64,000 nucleotides of DNA from a virus (IMGVR_UViG_3300043446_005369:20376-84375), one strand, 5' to 3'. Counted from the first letter of the stretch, positions 1 through 9,368 are shown. The notes: a model not told the origin generated them from the sequence alone. Numbers and translations: made by a program.

Positions 1-133
1 GAATTGGACGTTCGGTTAGAACTTTATGTGGATTATGTAGCATATATCCACATAAAGAATTATCCTGTATAATTTCCTTTGCTTCAGAGATTATAGTCTC
101 ACCGGACTTCATTAAAATTAGTTTGATCGTCAT
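1..133 (-). CDS. conserved cyanophage hypothetical protein (Sm-like fold type), truncated by the window edge
   Basis: Manual translation from ATG at 133 gives MTIKLILMKSGETIISEAKEIIQD..., open to the window edge. It has the same LKSGE-type start as ORF 15926..16330. Confidence 0.7.
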   Translation of the reverse strand, partial: MTIKLILMKSGETIISEAKEIIQDNSLCGYMLHNPHKVLTERPI

Positions 134-156
134 TTGGCTCAATACTCTGCCTTACC

Positions 157-197
157 ATCTTAGCAAAAAAATGGGGAGATGTCAAGCGGCATCCCCC
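157..197 (-). promoter_or_regulatory. sigma70-type promoter overlapping a terminator-like hairpin
   Basis: On the minus strand, TTGACA (185-180), a 17-nt spacer and TAAGAT (162-157). The -35 lies within a GGGGATG...CATCTCCCC hairpin followed by a T run. Confidence 0.7.
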
Positions 198-222
198 CAA
201 ATCTCTAATTAGTTTTTAAAGC

Positions 223-381
223 TCAATCTCCGTTTCCTCCAGAACTAGAAGAAGACTTCTTTGCACAAGCCTTTCCTCCAGGAGCCATAGCATAAGGTAT
301 TACATTATAGCATTTTACTTTTTGACCAGAAGATGAATTAATATATTGAACTTTTTCAATAAATTGTTCAAAAGATTTCAT
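223..381 (-). CDS. 52-aa small protein with a T4-like capsid-targeting N-terminus (MKSFEQFIE)
   Basis: Manual translation: MKSFEQFIEKVQYINSSSGQKVKCYNVIPYAMAPGGKACAKKSSSSSGGNGD*. A CTAAATA late promoter lies at 402-396. Confidence 0.65.
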   Translation of the reverse strand: MKSFEQFIEKVQYINSSSGQKVKCYNVIPYAMAPGGKACAKKSSSSSGGNGD

Positions 382-398
382 TTGAATTTTTATTTTAT

Positions 399-824
399 TT
401 AGAGATAATCTTTTCTCGCATGATGATCTGGTATTGTTTTTTTCAGATAAATGCTCAATAATCCATCTTCGAAAGTTACATCTTTAATAATAACATCATC
501 GGATAAAGTCCAAATTCTCTTAAAAGATCGAAGAGCAAGACCTTTATGAATATAATTCGTGTTAGATTCTTTATCTTCTTTTTGGCCTTCAACAAATAAT
601 TTTCCGCATTCAGTATATACCAATAATTCTTTTCGTTTAAATCCGGCTAAAGCAAGTTCTAATTTATTTTCAACACTACTTAGCTGAATATAATTGTATG
701 GCGGATAATTTGAAGTGGTTTCATGAATATTAAAAATTCTATCGAAATATTCTTCAATACCGATACTATTTTTTGAAATTTTATCCATCAAAGCGGAAAG
801 ATCCGCTGAAGTATATTTTGTCAT
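399..824 (-). CDS. hsp20: small heat shock protein (Hsp20/IbpA family)
   Basis: NYPPYN, ELALAGF, YIHKGLALRSF and FEDGLLSI alpha-crystallin motifs; AAGGAG RBS. Confidence 0.95.
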   Translation of the reverse strand: MTKYTSADLSALMDKISKNSIGIEEYFDRIFNIHETTSNYPPYNYIQLSSVENKLELALAGFKRKELLVYTECGKLFVEGQKEDKESNTNYIHKGLALRSFKRIWTLSDDVIIKDVTFEDGLLSIYLKKTIPDHHARKDYL

Positions 825-897
825 TTAATTCTCCTTAAAAAGCGAGTTTGAATAGAAGGATCCTTTCGGCATCCAACATTATTTAATCATAAAAAAG

Positions 898-933
898 AAA
901 AAAGAGGAACAGTGAAAACCGAACCTCTTTTTT
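898..933 (-). terminator. intrinsic terminator (possibly bidirectional) downstream of regA
   Basis: AAAAAAGAGG...CCTCTTTTTT inverted repeat with A/T tails on both sides. Confidence 0.7.
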
Positions 934-981
934 GGGTGTTCCGAACTTTTCTGTAGAGACCGCACGAAAGTCTCATACTAT

Positions 982-1422
982 TTAGTTAAATTCTTCAGGC
1001 TTCTTTTTCTTTGCCCCGATATTATATTTTGTTTCTAAAATCCATTCGTCTTTTTCCTTATACGAAAGAACTTTAATTTGATTCAAGGGAGCAATGTTTT
1101 GTATTTTAGATACATCGACAATTGTAATAAGTCCCCAATCGGCCAATAGCTGTGCAATTCTATTACGGCGTTGTACATCATTTACTGTTAGATTGGCATG
1201 TTTACCATCTAAAGCAAAAAGTTCTTTAAAATGAATAATATAATAATGACCCTGCTTATGTAAAATATGACAGGATTGATACAATTTTTTTTCTTTTCTT
1301 GAAGCAACCCCAATACGAGTTAAGGTTTCTCGTACTTTTAAAAAGTCATCGGGCTCATTGAGAATCACCTCCACCATTTGATCTGGTGTCCATCTCACTT
1401 CAGGTTCTTGAACTACGCTCAT
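982..1422 (-). CDS. regA: translational repressor RegA
   Basis: DDFLKVRETLTRIGVAS, LYQSCHILHKQG and HFKELFALDG motifs; follows gp62. Confidence 0.97.
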   Translation of the reverse strand: MSVVQEPEVRWTPDQMVEVILNEPDDFLKVRETLTRIGVASRKEKKLYQSCHILHKQGHYYIIHFKELFALDGKHANLTVNDVQRRNRIAQLLADWGLITIVDVSKIQNIAPLNQIKVLSYKEKDEWILETKYNIGAKKKKPEEFN

Positions 1423-1799
1423 TTTGTTCCTCCAGTTTCAAACTTTGATTTTATATAATTAAGCTGTTCTTTATTTAGAATCATCAAAGCTTGCTTTGCC
1501 TTTTCATTACTATAGCCATAATAACGTTTGACATAATCAAGGTCTTTGATATTATCTTTACGGAGCCAGGGAGAATATCTCTTCTTTTTCCGCAAAATAT
1601 TTATATAAAAATCATACTGCATTTTTTTAGGCAAAAAATGATTTATATTCATTTCATTTGCAAACATCACACAATCGATGTGACCAGAAAGACACCGATT
1701 AATGATATATGAATTATATTCTTTTTCCAATAAAGAGTTTTCATCCATCAAATTGATTTTTGATGAATTAATTGAATTTAGCCAATCCTTAAGTTCCAT
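1419..1799 (-). CDS. gp62: clamp loader small subunit gp62
   Basis: YIINRCLS, QYDF and YYGYSNEKAKQAL motifs; lies between gp44 and regA. Confidence 0.93.
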   Translation of the reverse strand: MELKDWLNSINSSKINLMDENSLLEKEYNSYIINRCLSGHIDCVMFANEMNINHFLPKKMQYDFYINILRKKKRYSPWLRKDNIKDLDYVKRYYGYSNEKAKQALMILNKEQLNYIKSKFETGGTK

Positions 1800-1800
1800 A

Positions 1801-2745
1801 TTATTTAAATGAACATTCGACCATAATTTCAGTTAAAGCAGCAAGAAGATTGATTTCCTGGTCACAAACAAAAGCACACTGATATTGATACCTTGCAATG
1901 ATTAAAACTGCAGCAGGAATTGATGCTGGAATTAATGCAGTATAAAGAGCATCATAAACTCTACGAAGAAGCACAGAAGCATCATTATCTAAATTTGATA
2001 CCACCCATTTACGAACTTCCGTGAAATTCTTATCCTTTAGATTTTTAATCAATTCATTTACGGAAATATCAGAAAGTGATGCAAGAATTCCGGAGTCAAT
2101 AATTCCTCCAGCAGAATATCTCTGACATTCATTCAAAACTCGTCTAAAATCAGGAAAATACTTGGTTACAAGTTCTGCAACTACTTTTTGATCATATTTA
2201 ATCCCCTCATTATCCAAGATAGTTTGAAGACGTTTGAAAAAAGCTCCAGCCAGTTGAGCTTTTTGTTTTCCTTTGATTGTAAAATCAATGACGGCACATC
2301 GGGAATGCAATGGCTCAATAATCTTGTTCTTGTAGTTGCAAGTGAAGATGAATCTACAGTTGTTATAAAATGTCTCAATATTCGCCCGTAGTAAGAGTTG
2401 AACATCTGAGGTTGTGTTGTCACTTTCGTCCACAATAATGACTTTGTGTTTAGATGTTGACGTAAGTGAGACGGTCGAAGCAAAGCTCTTTGCTTGGTTT
2501 CGGACAGTATCCAAGAAACGCCCTTCGTCGGATCCGTTAATGACATAATAATCTGCTCCTAATTCATTGCATAATGCTTTTGCGATTGTAGTTTTACCAA
2601 TACCAGGTGGACCAGAGAGAAGGAGATTTGGAATCTCTCCTTTGGCTACAAACTCCTTAAAGGTTTTTTTAGTATCTTCCGGAAGAATACAATCCTCAAT
2701 AGTTTTTGGTCTATAGCGTTCCACGAAAAGGAAGTCACTTGTCAT
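1801..2745 (-). CDS. gp44: clamp loader AAA+ subunit gp44
   Basis: ERYRP, Walker A GPPGIGKT, Walker B IIVDESD and SRC motifs. Confidence 0.97.
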   Translation of the reverse strand: MTSDFLFVERYRPKTIEDCILPEDTKKTFKEFVAKGEIPNLLLSGPPGIGKTTIAKALCNELGADYYVINGSDEGRFLDTVRNQAKSFASTVSLTSTSKHKVIIVDESDNTTSDVQLLLRANIETFYNNCRFIFTCNYKNKIIEPLHSRCAVIDFTIKGKQKAQLAGAFFKRLQTILDNEGIKYDQKVVAELVTKYFPDFRRVLNECQRYSAGGIIDSGILASLSDISVNELIKNLKDKNFTEVRKWVVSNLDNDASVLLRRVYDALYTALIPASIPAAVLIIARYQYQCAFVCDQEINLLAALTEIMVECSFK

Positions 2746-2754
2746 AATTTAAAA

Positions 2755-2928
2755 TCAATCAGATCTTTTTAAAATAAAATAAGGATATTCATCCTCTTCA
2801 GCATATAATCCCATCGGGTAAAGTGCTGCAGGATATTCTTCGACAGGACCAACATAAAGAGTTACCTCCAGGTCCAACTGATCTTCAGATAATTCTTGAA
2901 GTTTTTCTATAACTTCTCTATATTTCAT
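2755..2928 (-). CDS. 57-aa acidic hypothetical protein
   Basis: Manual translation MKYREVIEKLQELSEDQLDLEVTLYVG...; it fills the gap between flanking genes exactly. Confidence 0.7.
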   Translation of the reverse strand: MKYREVIEKLQELSEDQLDLEVTLYVGPVEEYPAALYPMGLYAEEDEYPYFILKRSD

Positions 2929-2931
2929 AAT

Positions 2932-3441
2932 TTAGATCCATTCAGGTTTTCGTTCTGGCATACGAAGATAATTAGATGCAACCCAAGGTTTGCTGCTAAT
3001 GTACATCTTGTAAGCAGTAAAAGTGTCAATCCCTTCGTCAAGTTTATACTCATCTGGCATCGCCCTCACAAATGGTGTTACTTCAGTAATTTTGCCTTTA
3101 GGAAAAAGATAATATGCTTCCAGTAAAGTAGTATAACAAGAATGCACCTTACCATAACGAAGTGCATATTCGTCGCACAAATTCATACCATGTTTAATCA
3201 ACCAATAAGCATTATTTGGGGATTGGCTGGTCCAGATCGTACAGGGATGATTGCGGAAAGCTCCCTTGGTGGTACTGTAAGGCGTCCCATCGGCCTTGTG
3301 AAGGGGACCATACCCATGATACCAGTCGGATGCTACGATCGCCAAGAGTTGGCAGCATTCCAAAGGCATTTTAACAATATGCTTGTCGGGAAGACAAATA
3401 GCACTTTCAGCTGGGAATTTGTTCGTTACAAAGATGTTCAT
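2932..3441 (-). CDS. pyrimidine-dimer DNA glycosylase (DenV/Pyr_excise)-like protein
   Basis: MNIF...DKHIVKMPLECCQLL, NHPCTIW and EYALRYGKVH motifs typical of this phage family. Confidence 0.75.
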   Translation of the reverse strand: MNIFVTNKFPAESAICLPDKHIVKMPLECCQLLAIVASDWYHGYGPLHKADGTPYSTTKGAFRNHPCTIWTSQSPNNAYWLIKHGMNLCDEYALRYGKVHSCYTTLLEAYYLFPKGKITEVTPFVRAMPDEYKLDEGIDTFTAYKMYISSKPWVASNYLRMPERKPEWI

Positions 3442-3447
3442 AATAAA

Positions 3448-3924
3448 TCAATCAATACAGTACTTCATAATCATTTTTTTTGTTTCAGTTGGATTGTCCT
3501 CCAACCAAAAAGCTTCGTGTTCTACATCTTCCGTACTCGGATTAATGACAACTGCTTGCCGTAATGAGACTAGTTTTTGCTTAGATAGTCTCATTTCACT
3601 TTTAGGAATTCCAAAAGGACTAAAATAGTCATTACTAAAAAGTGATTTGAAGAATGAAAAAATATTTCGCTTTTCATTCCTAGATTTACATGACTGTGCA
3701 TAATGAACACTTTCATGTACCAATGTTTGATTAATATTGAATCTTACATTTGGATACTGCTTAATTTTGTCCGTGCAGATCGACAATTGATTTAGTCTCG
3801 CTTCATAAAAGCCAAAAATATCATACTGCTGACAAACCTCAGAATTTTCAACCACTTGTATCTTATTAGACATCAATTTATACATGTCCATAGATTGAGT
3901 GGAAAGATAAAGAAGAAATTCCAT
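3448..3924 (-). CDS. putative zinc metallopeptidase (HExxH)
   Basis: TLVHESVHYAQ motif plus a downstream EHEAF third-ligand motif. Confidence 0.65.
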   Translation of the reverse strand: MEFLLYLSTQSMDMYKLMSNKIQVVENSEVCQQYDIFGFYEARLNQLSICTDKIKQYPNVRFNINQTLVHESVHYAQSCKSRNEKRNIFSFFKSLFSNDYFSPFGIPKSEMRLSKQKLVSLRQAVVINPSTEDVEHEAFWLEDNPTETKKMIMKYCID

Positions 3925-4592
3925 TATTCGTTAAATTTACTATCTGGCTCTAATGCAATCCAATATGAAAGATTATACTTTTCGTTTGTAAATTTAGAGT
4001 ATAGTTTAGAAGAAACTACGACATCATATGATCCAGAGATGATTTTAATGTGTTCTATTTTAAAGTTAAACACAAATACATCATTAGTTTGGCCAACTAC
4101 TATAGAATATTCATTCGAGGTATCATTATTTTTATCACGAACCACCAAACGAATAACTCCGTTTTCTCCAATTGCAGAAAGATCTGGAAGTTGATAGATG
4201 GAAGATGCCTTAATCAATTTGTCTAAAGAACTACTATCGAGCTGAAAACAAACATCCTGAGAAGGCAATTTAATCTCTTTATCTGGAGGTGTTACAATTA
4301 CATTTGGATCTGCATAAAAATATTTTGCTCGCCAGTTGCCCTCCCGAATCGTAACATACGAATCATTTGTAAAATCCAAATCAGGACTTTGATGTAGGCT
4401 TAAACCATTTAGGAATTCACTTAAATCATAAATCGCAAATTGACGAGGGAAATCTTCCTCAATTTGTGCTTCAGCCAAAATATTTTTTGCAACTGAAATA
4501 GTTCGAAGATGATTTCCATTTTTTACCAAAATTGAATTATTAATTTTAGAAAAATTCTTAAGAATGCTTAGTGTTTTATCAGATAATTTCAT
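3924..4592 (-). CDS. gp45: DNA polymerase sliding clamp gp45
   Basis: MKLSDKTLSILKNFSKIN, FAIYDLSEFL and YWIALE motifs. Confidence 0.96.
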   Translation of the reverse strand: MKLSDKTLSILKNFSKINNSILVKNGNHLRTISVAKNILAEAQIEEDFPRQFAIYDLSEFLNGLSLHQSPDLDFTNDSYVTIREGNWRAKYFYADPNVIVTPPDKEIKLPSQDVCFQLDSSSLDKLIKASSIYQLPDLSAIGENGVIRLVVRDKNNDTSNEYSIVVGQTNDVFVFNFKIEHIKIISGSYDVVVSSKLYSKFTNEKYNLSYWIALEPDSKFNE

Positions 4593-4602
4593 TTTATTTC
4601 AA

Positions 4603-4968
4603 TCAACGGAACTCATTTAGGCCATTGTCTTTGCGAGTGTAGTGCCCATCAAAGTGAAGAAGAAGCATAGCATAATGAATTACTTTAAGAAGATCCCTTT
4701 TGTTTCTTCCATCCTTGTCACCATAACGACTCCCATACTTTAGAATATTGGCTTGACAAAATTTTACTGCCAAATCTTTAGAAGCCATTAAATCGATTGT
4801 TTGAATATTTTTATACTCTTCATTATGACCACAATAATGACTAGTATAAGTTTCAGTTACATAATTTTCAATATCTTTGATGATTTTATCTTCATTATAC
4901 TTCCAAAGATGATTTGTTTTTTCTGATTCGTGTGAGTTCATGCGTAAATTGTTTTCATAATTTTTCAT
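4603..4968 (-). CDS. DUF3310-like protein (start uncertain)
   Basis: SHY...IQTIDL...FCQANILKYGSRYGDKDG...DLLKVIHY pattern. The track start (4998) overlaps a terminator, so a downstream ATG is preferred. Confidence 0.7.
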   Translation of the reverse strand: MKNYENNLRMNSHESEKTNHLWKYNEDKIIKDIENYVTETYTSHYCGHNEEYKNIQTIDLMASKDLAVKFCQANILKYGSRYGDKDGRNKRDLLKVIHYAMLLLHFDGHYTRKDNGLNEFR

Positions 4969-4996
4969 AAAGAAAGGAGAGGCGTAGATCCTCTCC
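4968..4996 (-). terminator. intrinsic terminator after the CobS-like ATPase
   Basis: GGAGAGG-7 nt-CCTCTCC followed by TTTCTTT on the minus strand. Confidence 0.65.
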
Positions 4997-5003
4997 AAGA
5001 TTA

Positions 5004-6134
5004 TCAGAATGGGATCTGGGTGTCAATAGGTGTGTTTTCTTTTGTTTCTGCTTGCTGATTCATTTTAAAATCAACATCAATTTTATCGTATAACTCAAGA
5101 AATGATTGTTTCGTTTCATCATCAAAACGATTAATACAAATCTGAATTGCCTTCGATTTATCTTTAAAGATACTATAAGCTTTGATAATATGAACTAGAC
5201 GACGAGTACTAATGATTTCTTCAATTCCTCCATCATAAAAGGTTTTACGAATTACATCCCCCCAATCCACCAATCTCTTGCAGAAATCTTCGTCAGTAAC
5301 TTCCAATTGATTAGCAACTGCATTGAGAATTTTTTGTTCTGTGGAAACTGAAGGATACTCTTGTTCTAGAGTTACTGGAAACCTCTCTAGAAACGCTTCA
5401 TTCAGAACATTAGTTCCAATAAAACGACCATCATCAGATCCCTTACCCTTTGTATTTGCAGTTGCAATTACATTAAATCCTTGAGCAGGTTTTACGAATG
5501 TGCCAATTTTTTTGAGGAAAACACCTTTACCCTCTAAAATAGATTGAAGACATAGAATTTTATTTGATGCGAGATCAATTTCATCTAGAAGTAGAATTGC
5601 ACCCCTTTTGAGAGCTTCAATTACAGGACCATCATGCCATGCAGTTTCTCCATTTACTAGACGAAACCCACCGATCAGATCATCTTCATCGGTTTCAATT
5701 GTAATATTGACTCGAATGAGTTCCCTCTTTAATTGGGCACATGCTTGCTCGACGCTAAACGTTTTTCCGTTACCGGAAAGACCAGTAATAAATGTAGGAT
5801 AAAAAATACCAGATTGAATAATCTTTTTAATATAAGAAAAACTACCAAATGGCACAAATAGTTTATCTTTCGCTGGAATTAAATTTTGTTCATTCGTTGG
5901 AAGAACAGAAAGTGAATGGTATGAACGTTCAATTTCTTCAATTTTCTCAGAAGTTACTTCAAGATTCCAACGCCCACGGTCAGTTTTATATGGTTCGAGT
6001 TTACGTGTTAGTGTGGGATAAGATACCCCTTTAGATGCACAATATCCCCTAATGTCACCAGAAGTAATATCCGTTCCAAAAAGAGAAATGAGTTCATTTA
6101 CTAGCTGATTATCATTCATTGGACTATTGGTCAT
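5004..6134 (-). CDS. cobS: MoxR/CobS-like AAA+ ATPase
   Basis: Walker A GLSGNGKT, Walker B LLLDEID, ATANTKG and NEAFLERF motifs; the conserved cyanophage 'cobS'. Confidence 0.9.
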   Translation of the reverse strand: MTNSPMNDNQLVNELISLFGTDITSGDIRGYCASKGVSYPTLTRKLEPYKTDRGRWNLEVTSEKIEEIERSYHSLSVLPTNEQNLIPAKDKLFVPFGSFSYIKKIIQSGIFYPTFITGLSGNGKTFSVEQACAQLKRELIRVNITIETDEDDLIGGFRLVNGETAWHDGPVIEALKRGAILLLDEIDLASNKILCLQSILEGKGVFLKKIGTFVKPAQGFNVIATANTKGKGSDDGRFIGTNVLNEAFLERFPVTLEQEYPSVSTEQKILNAVANQLEVTDEDFCKRLVDWGDVIRKTFYDGGIEEIISTRRLVHIIKAYSIFKDKSKAIQICINRFDDETKQSFLELYDKIDVDFKMNQQAETKENTPIDTQIPF

Positions 6135-6164
6135 AACAAATTTAATTCATCGATTTACTTGTTG

Positions 6165-6221
6165 AGTATACAACAAAAAAGGGACCTTATTGGTCCCTCT
6201 TGTGCCACTTTTGAAAGTGTC
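6165..6221 (-). promoter_or_regulatory. palindrome + hairpin + -10 promoter cassette upstream of cobS
   Basis: GACACTTT-CA-AAAGTGGC imperfect palindrome, then a GGGACC/GGTCCC hairpin with T run, then TATACT. Confidence 0.6.
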
Positions 6222-7080
6222 AACTTTCGAAATATTGATCATAAAGATCATACATTTCCTCCCAAGTAAAATCAGATAAATCATATCCTTCATAGATTAA
6301 ATCATTTACCCAAAGTTCCACTTGTTCAGTTTTTGTTTTATTCTTAGGAAATCTCATTGTAGTTTGACGATATTTTCCAGTTACTCTTTTTGGTTTAGAC
6401 CTTTTAGGGGCAGTAACTTTACCAAGTGGCTTACTTAATCTTCCTTTTGGAGTATCAAATAATGATCTCTGTCCAGATGCATCTTCGGAACCATACTTAG
6501 AGGGGGGCAATGCTCTCCCGGATGATGACGGAGAAACTGAAGAATCTGACCTAGAGGATTTAGTTACTACTCCACCACTAGAAGCTCTTTCTTGACCAAG
6601 ATTGGATAAGCGATATCTTCCTCGGGCTTCATGTTTTTTTCTATCAATCGCCCTATCTATAGACGCTGCAGCTTTATCCGCAGCACCAGCTCCTGCATCA
6701 CCAATTTTAGTGAGAGTATCACCTATTGCCCCCAATGCCCTACCAGCTTTAGATTTTCCAAATTTTTCAGTTGCCCGACTGTGCCTCTCTATACCTTTGA
6801 GAATTTGGCCAGCAATTACGTCTTGTAATCTAGCCTCATTTAATTTGTTTATACTGAAAATGTTATTAACTAAATCATCAAATTCTTCTACATTCAAATT
6901 CTCAATTATAATATCAATATGTTCGTCAGATAACCCCATTTCATAAAAATATTCCAGAGCTTGCTCCGGAATATCCTCAGGAAAGATCGTATTATTATAC
7001 AAATGAGCGTATTCTCTCATTTCTGAGTCATACACCGCCTCATATAAGAGGCGGATATTTTGACAATCTTGACTATTCAT
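6220..7080 (-). CDS. putative internal virion protein (acidic ends, basic low-complexity core)
   Basis: ATAAATA late promoter at 7108-7102; N-terminal LYEAVY motif; C-terminal ELWVNDLIYEGYDLSDFTWEEMY motif; K/R/S/G-rich centre. Confidence 0.6.
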   Translation of the reverse strand: MNSQDCQNIRLLYEAVYDSEMREYAHLYNNTIFPEDIPEQALEYFYEMGLSDEHIDIIIENLNVEEFDDLVNNIFSINKLNEARLQDVIAGQILKGIERHSRATEKFGKSKAGRALGAIGDTLTKIGDAGAGAADKAAASIDRAIDRKKHEARGRYRLSNLGQERASSGGVVTKSSRSDSSVSPSSSGRALPPSKYGSEDASGQRSLFDTPKGRLSKPLGKVTAPKRSKPKRVTGKYRQTTMRFPKNKTKTEQVELWVNDLIYEGYDLSDFTWEEMYDLYDQYFES

Positions 7081-7107
7081 ATGAAAATTAATTTTTACTT
7101 ATATTTA

Positions 7108-9288
7108 TTAAACAATGAGATTAATAAATTCCGTAAGAATTTTTTTGTTTGTTTTTTTATTTTTTAGACTACTCATAAATGCATCTTTAATTTGCCTTTT
7201 AGATGCAGTATCCGAAACAACAAAAGATGTGTCTTGGAATAAAGAACTAGAAGCAATACCAAAATAAGTATGATATCCAGATGTGTCTTTAATTGAACAA
7301 GATTTATTATCTTTCCACTGCTTCATATATTTTTTATATTCTTCTCTATTATCGGCATATCTATTAATAAAGTAAGATCCATCTCTAGAGCAAATAATTC
7401 TAAATCCAATAAAATTGGTATCAGGATACATATCTCTTAAATTATTAAGAAATACTGAGGGTGTTTTATAATAATCTTCTGAAAATTTATAAGTATTACC
7501 AGTTTTTCGATTTCGAAGAAATGTACTAGAAGAAACTTGATTATATCCATTACAAATATGCGTCCCATAAGGAGAAATTGAGTCGATAATATGATACTTA
7601 GGGGGAGAAGCATCCCCATCAGTTAATATAATGCACTGAACCTTCTGTAGTTTATATTTACTCTTAAAAGTAGGAATAATTTCTTGTAATGCTATGATGG
7701 ATTCATTCAAGGGGGTTCCTGATAATCTAAGTTCAGAGGGAATGGGATAACTACTACCTACGTTATAAGCATAAGCTACCCTAAAAATATTTTTCATCAT
7801 ATTATTTAACGTATATGAATTCATTTGACTATTTAAAAAATTCATTAACGAAAATGTACGAGGAATTTCAACTAAACCATTCTTACTTTGATATGCAAAT
7901 TTTTTGTTTCGAAGTGGATAATCATGTGTAAATGCATATACTTCAAATGGAATAGAAACTTTCTTACAAAACCAAATAAGATTAAATAATTGCTTAATTG
8001 TGTCTAAAATTACGTTAGACATAGATCCTGACCAATCTAAAATAAAAATCAATCCATGATTTTTACCATCAGGTAAAGTTGTAATTTTTTTAAACAAATC
8101 TTCATTGAATTTATATGTATGCAATTTAGAACAATCTAAGATTCCAGTCCTAAAAGTTAATGCTCTAGAATAAGCATTAGCAGCTTTTTTCGATTCAAAC
8201 TCTTTCACAAGAAAATTAACTTCCTTTTGGGAAGACTGTTTAAATTCTTTAAATTGCGCATCTGTTCTTTCGAACATTATGGAATCTGTTGTTTTCCAAG
8301 CAGAATCAAAAACTTTGTTTATTTCTTTACATGGAATAATAATTTGATCAATATCTAAAGTGGGCGTTTCCACATATACATTGTAGTTCAAACCTCTAGA
8401 TACTAATTTTTGTATCGCTTGATTTAACTTGTCTACCGTTTTAACATCGTCGGTTGTAGATACCTGTGATCCAGTGCTACTTCCAGGACGAGATTCATTT
8501 GAGTTTTCCCCTGATTTTGATTTATTCGAAGAATTAGTTACCTCGTTATTGTCCCCAATGTTTGAGTTCTCTTTATTGGTAGCCTCAGACGTTGATGATT
8601 CTCCACCCAGTTCTAATTGCTCTTTAGGTATTTCGGTATGCGTAGATTCTTTCCCAGCATTACTATTTTCTTGTGTATCTCCGGTGCAATTTCCAAAGAC
8701 AATAGTATCTAAAGAAGTTGAATTTACTTCTTCATGATTCTGTTTCTTATTGCAATACTCAAAAAGTATCTTAGATGCCTCTAAAACATCATCAAATGTT
8801 TCGCATTGTGCAATTAAATCTATGATTGATTGTTCTTCAGAATTAAAATTTAATTGTAGGTGATTGCCAATTTTGAAATACAAATTTGCTCTATCTGCTA
8901 GACCATACTTGGTGATATCATTTTTACTCAGTTCAAAGAAATCTTTTTCCGCCATTTCTTTATATCCAAGATAAAAAGTCTTAGATAAGCCCCCATATCG
9001 TCTCTTTACAAGTTTTTCAATTCTTGCATCTTCAACAATATTCACATATGAAAGGGGAATTTCATGGTCCTTACACCAATCGTCAGTAGGAGTGTACAAT
9101 GCATGGGCAGCTTCATGACTCAATAGAAGATCATAAATTTCATTTGACGCCCTTTCCCACATTGGCAGCGTAAGAACCCTACTTTTTACGTCAAAACATG
9201 CGGTTTCTACGTATCGATGTTCCACAATAATATCCTCAGTCGCCAAAAGACGTGCAAGCATTCCTTTAACTTCAAAGTTAATTCCCAT
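7108..9288 (-). CDS. CobT-like protein with N-terminal metallopeptidase-like (HExxH) and C-terminal VWA domains
   Basis: SHEAAHAL and EDARIE near the N-terminus; MIDAS motif DWSGS, GTPL and LTDG; an acidic linker between the domains. Confidence 0.85.
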   Translation of the reverse strand: MGINFEVKGMLARLLATEDIIVEHRYVETACFDVKSRVLTLPMWERASNEIYDLLLSHEAAHALYTPTDDWCKDHEIPLSYVNIVEDARIEKLVKRRYGGLSKTFYLGYKEMAEKDFFELSKNDITKYGLADRANLYFKIGNHLQLNFNSEEQSIIDLIAQCETFDDVLEASKILFEYCNKKQNHEEVNSTSLDTIVFGNCTGDTQENSNAGKESTHTEIPKEQLELGGESSTSEATNKENSNIGDNNEVTNSSNKSKSGENSNESRPGSSTGSQVSTTDDVKTVDKLNQAIQKLVSRGLNYNVYVETPTLDIDQIIIPCKEINKVFDSAWKTTDSIMFERTDAQFKEFKQSSQKEVNFLVKEFESKKAANAYSRALTFRTGILDCSKLHTYKFNEDLFKKITTLPDGKNHGLIFILDWSGSMSNVILDTIKQLFNLIWFCKKVSIPFEVYAFTHDYPLRNKKFAYQSKNGLVEIPRTFSLMNFLNSQMNSYTLNNMMKNIFRVAYAYNVGSSYPIPSELRLSGTPLNESIIALQEIIPTFKSKYKLQKVQCIILTDGDASPPKYHIIDSISPYGTHICNGYNQVSSSTFLRNRKTGNTYKFSEDYYKTPSVFLNNLRDMYPDTNFIGFRIICSRDGSYFINRYADNREEYKKYMKQWKDNKSCSIKDTSGYHTYFGIASSSLFQDTSFVVSDTASKRQIKDAFMSSLKNKKTNKKILTEFINLIV

Positions 9289-9311
9289 AAATCTGTGTGT
9301 GAAAGAATAGT

Positions 9312-9368
9312 ATCATACACAAAAAGAGGGCACATAGGCCCTCTTGGTGGACGGTTTTTAAATTGGTT
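9312..9368 (-). promoter_or_regulatory. palindrome + hairpin + -10 promoter cassette upstream of the VWA gene
   Basis: ACCAATTT-AA-AAACCGTC element, an AAGAGGGC/GCCCTCTT hairpin with T run, then TATGAT; same layout as 6165-6221. Confidence 0.6.

Noticed and set aside
22-57. 12-bp inverted repeat CTTTATGTGGAT/ATCCACATAAAG
   Set aside because: It is AT-rich, lies inside a CDS and has no U tract, so there is no supporting context.
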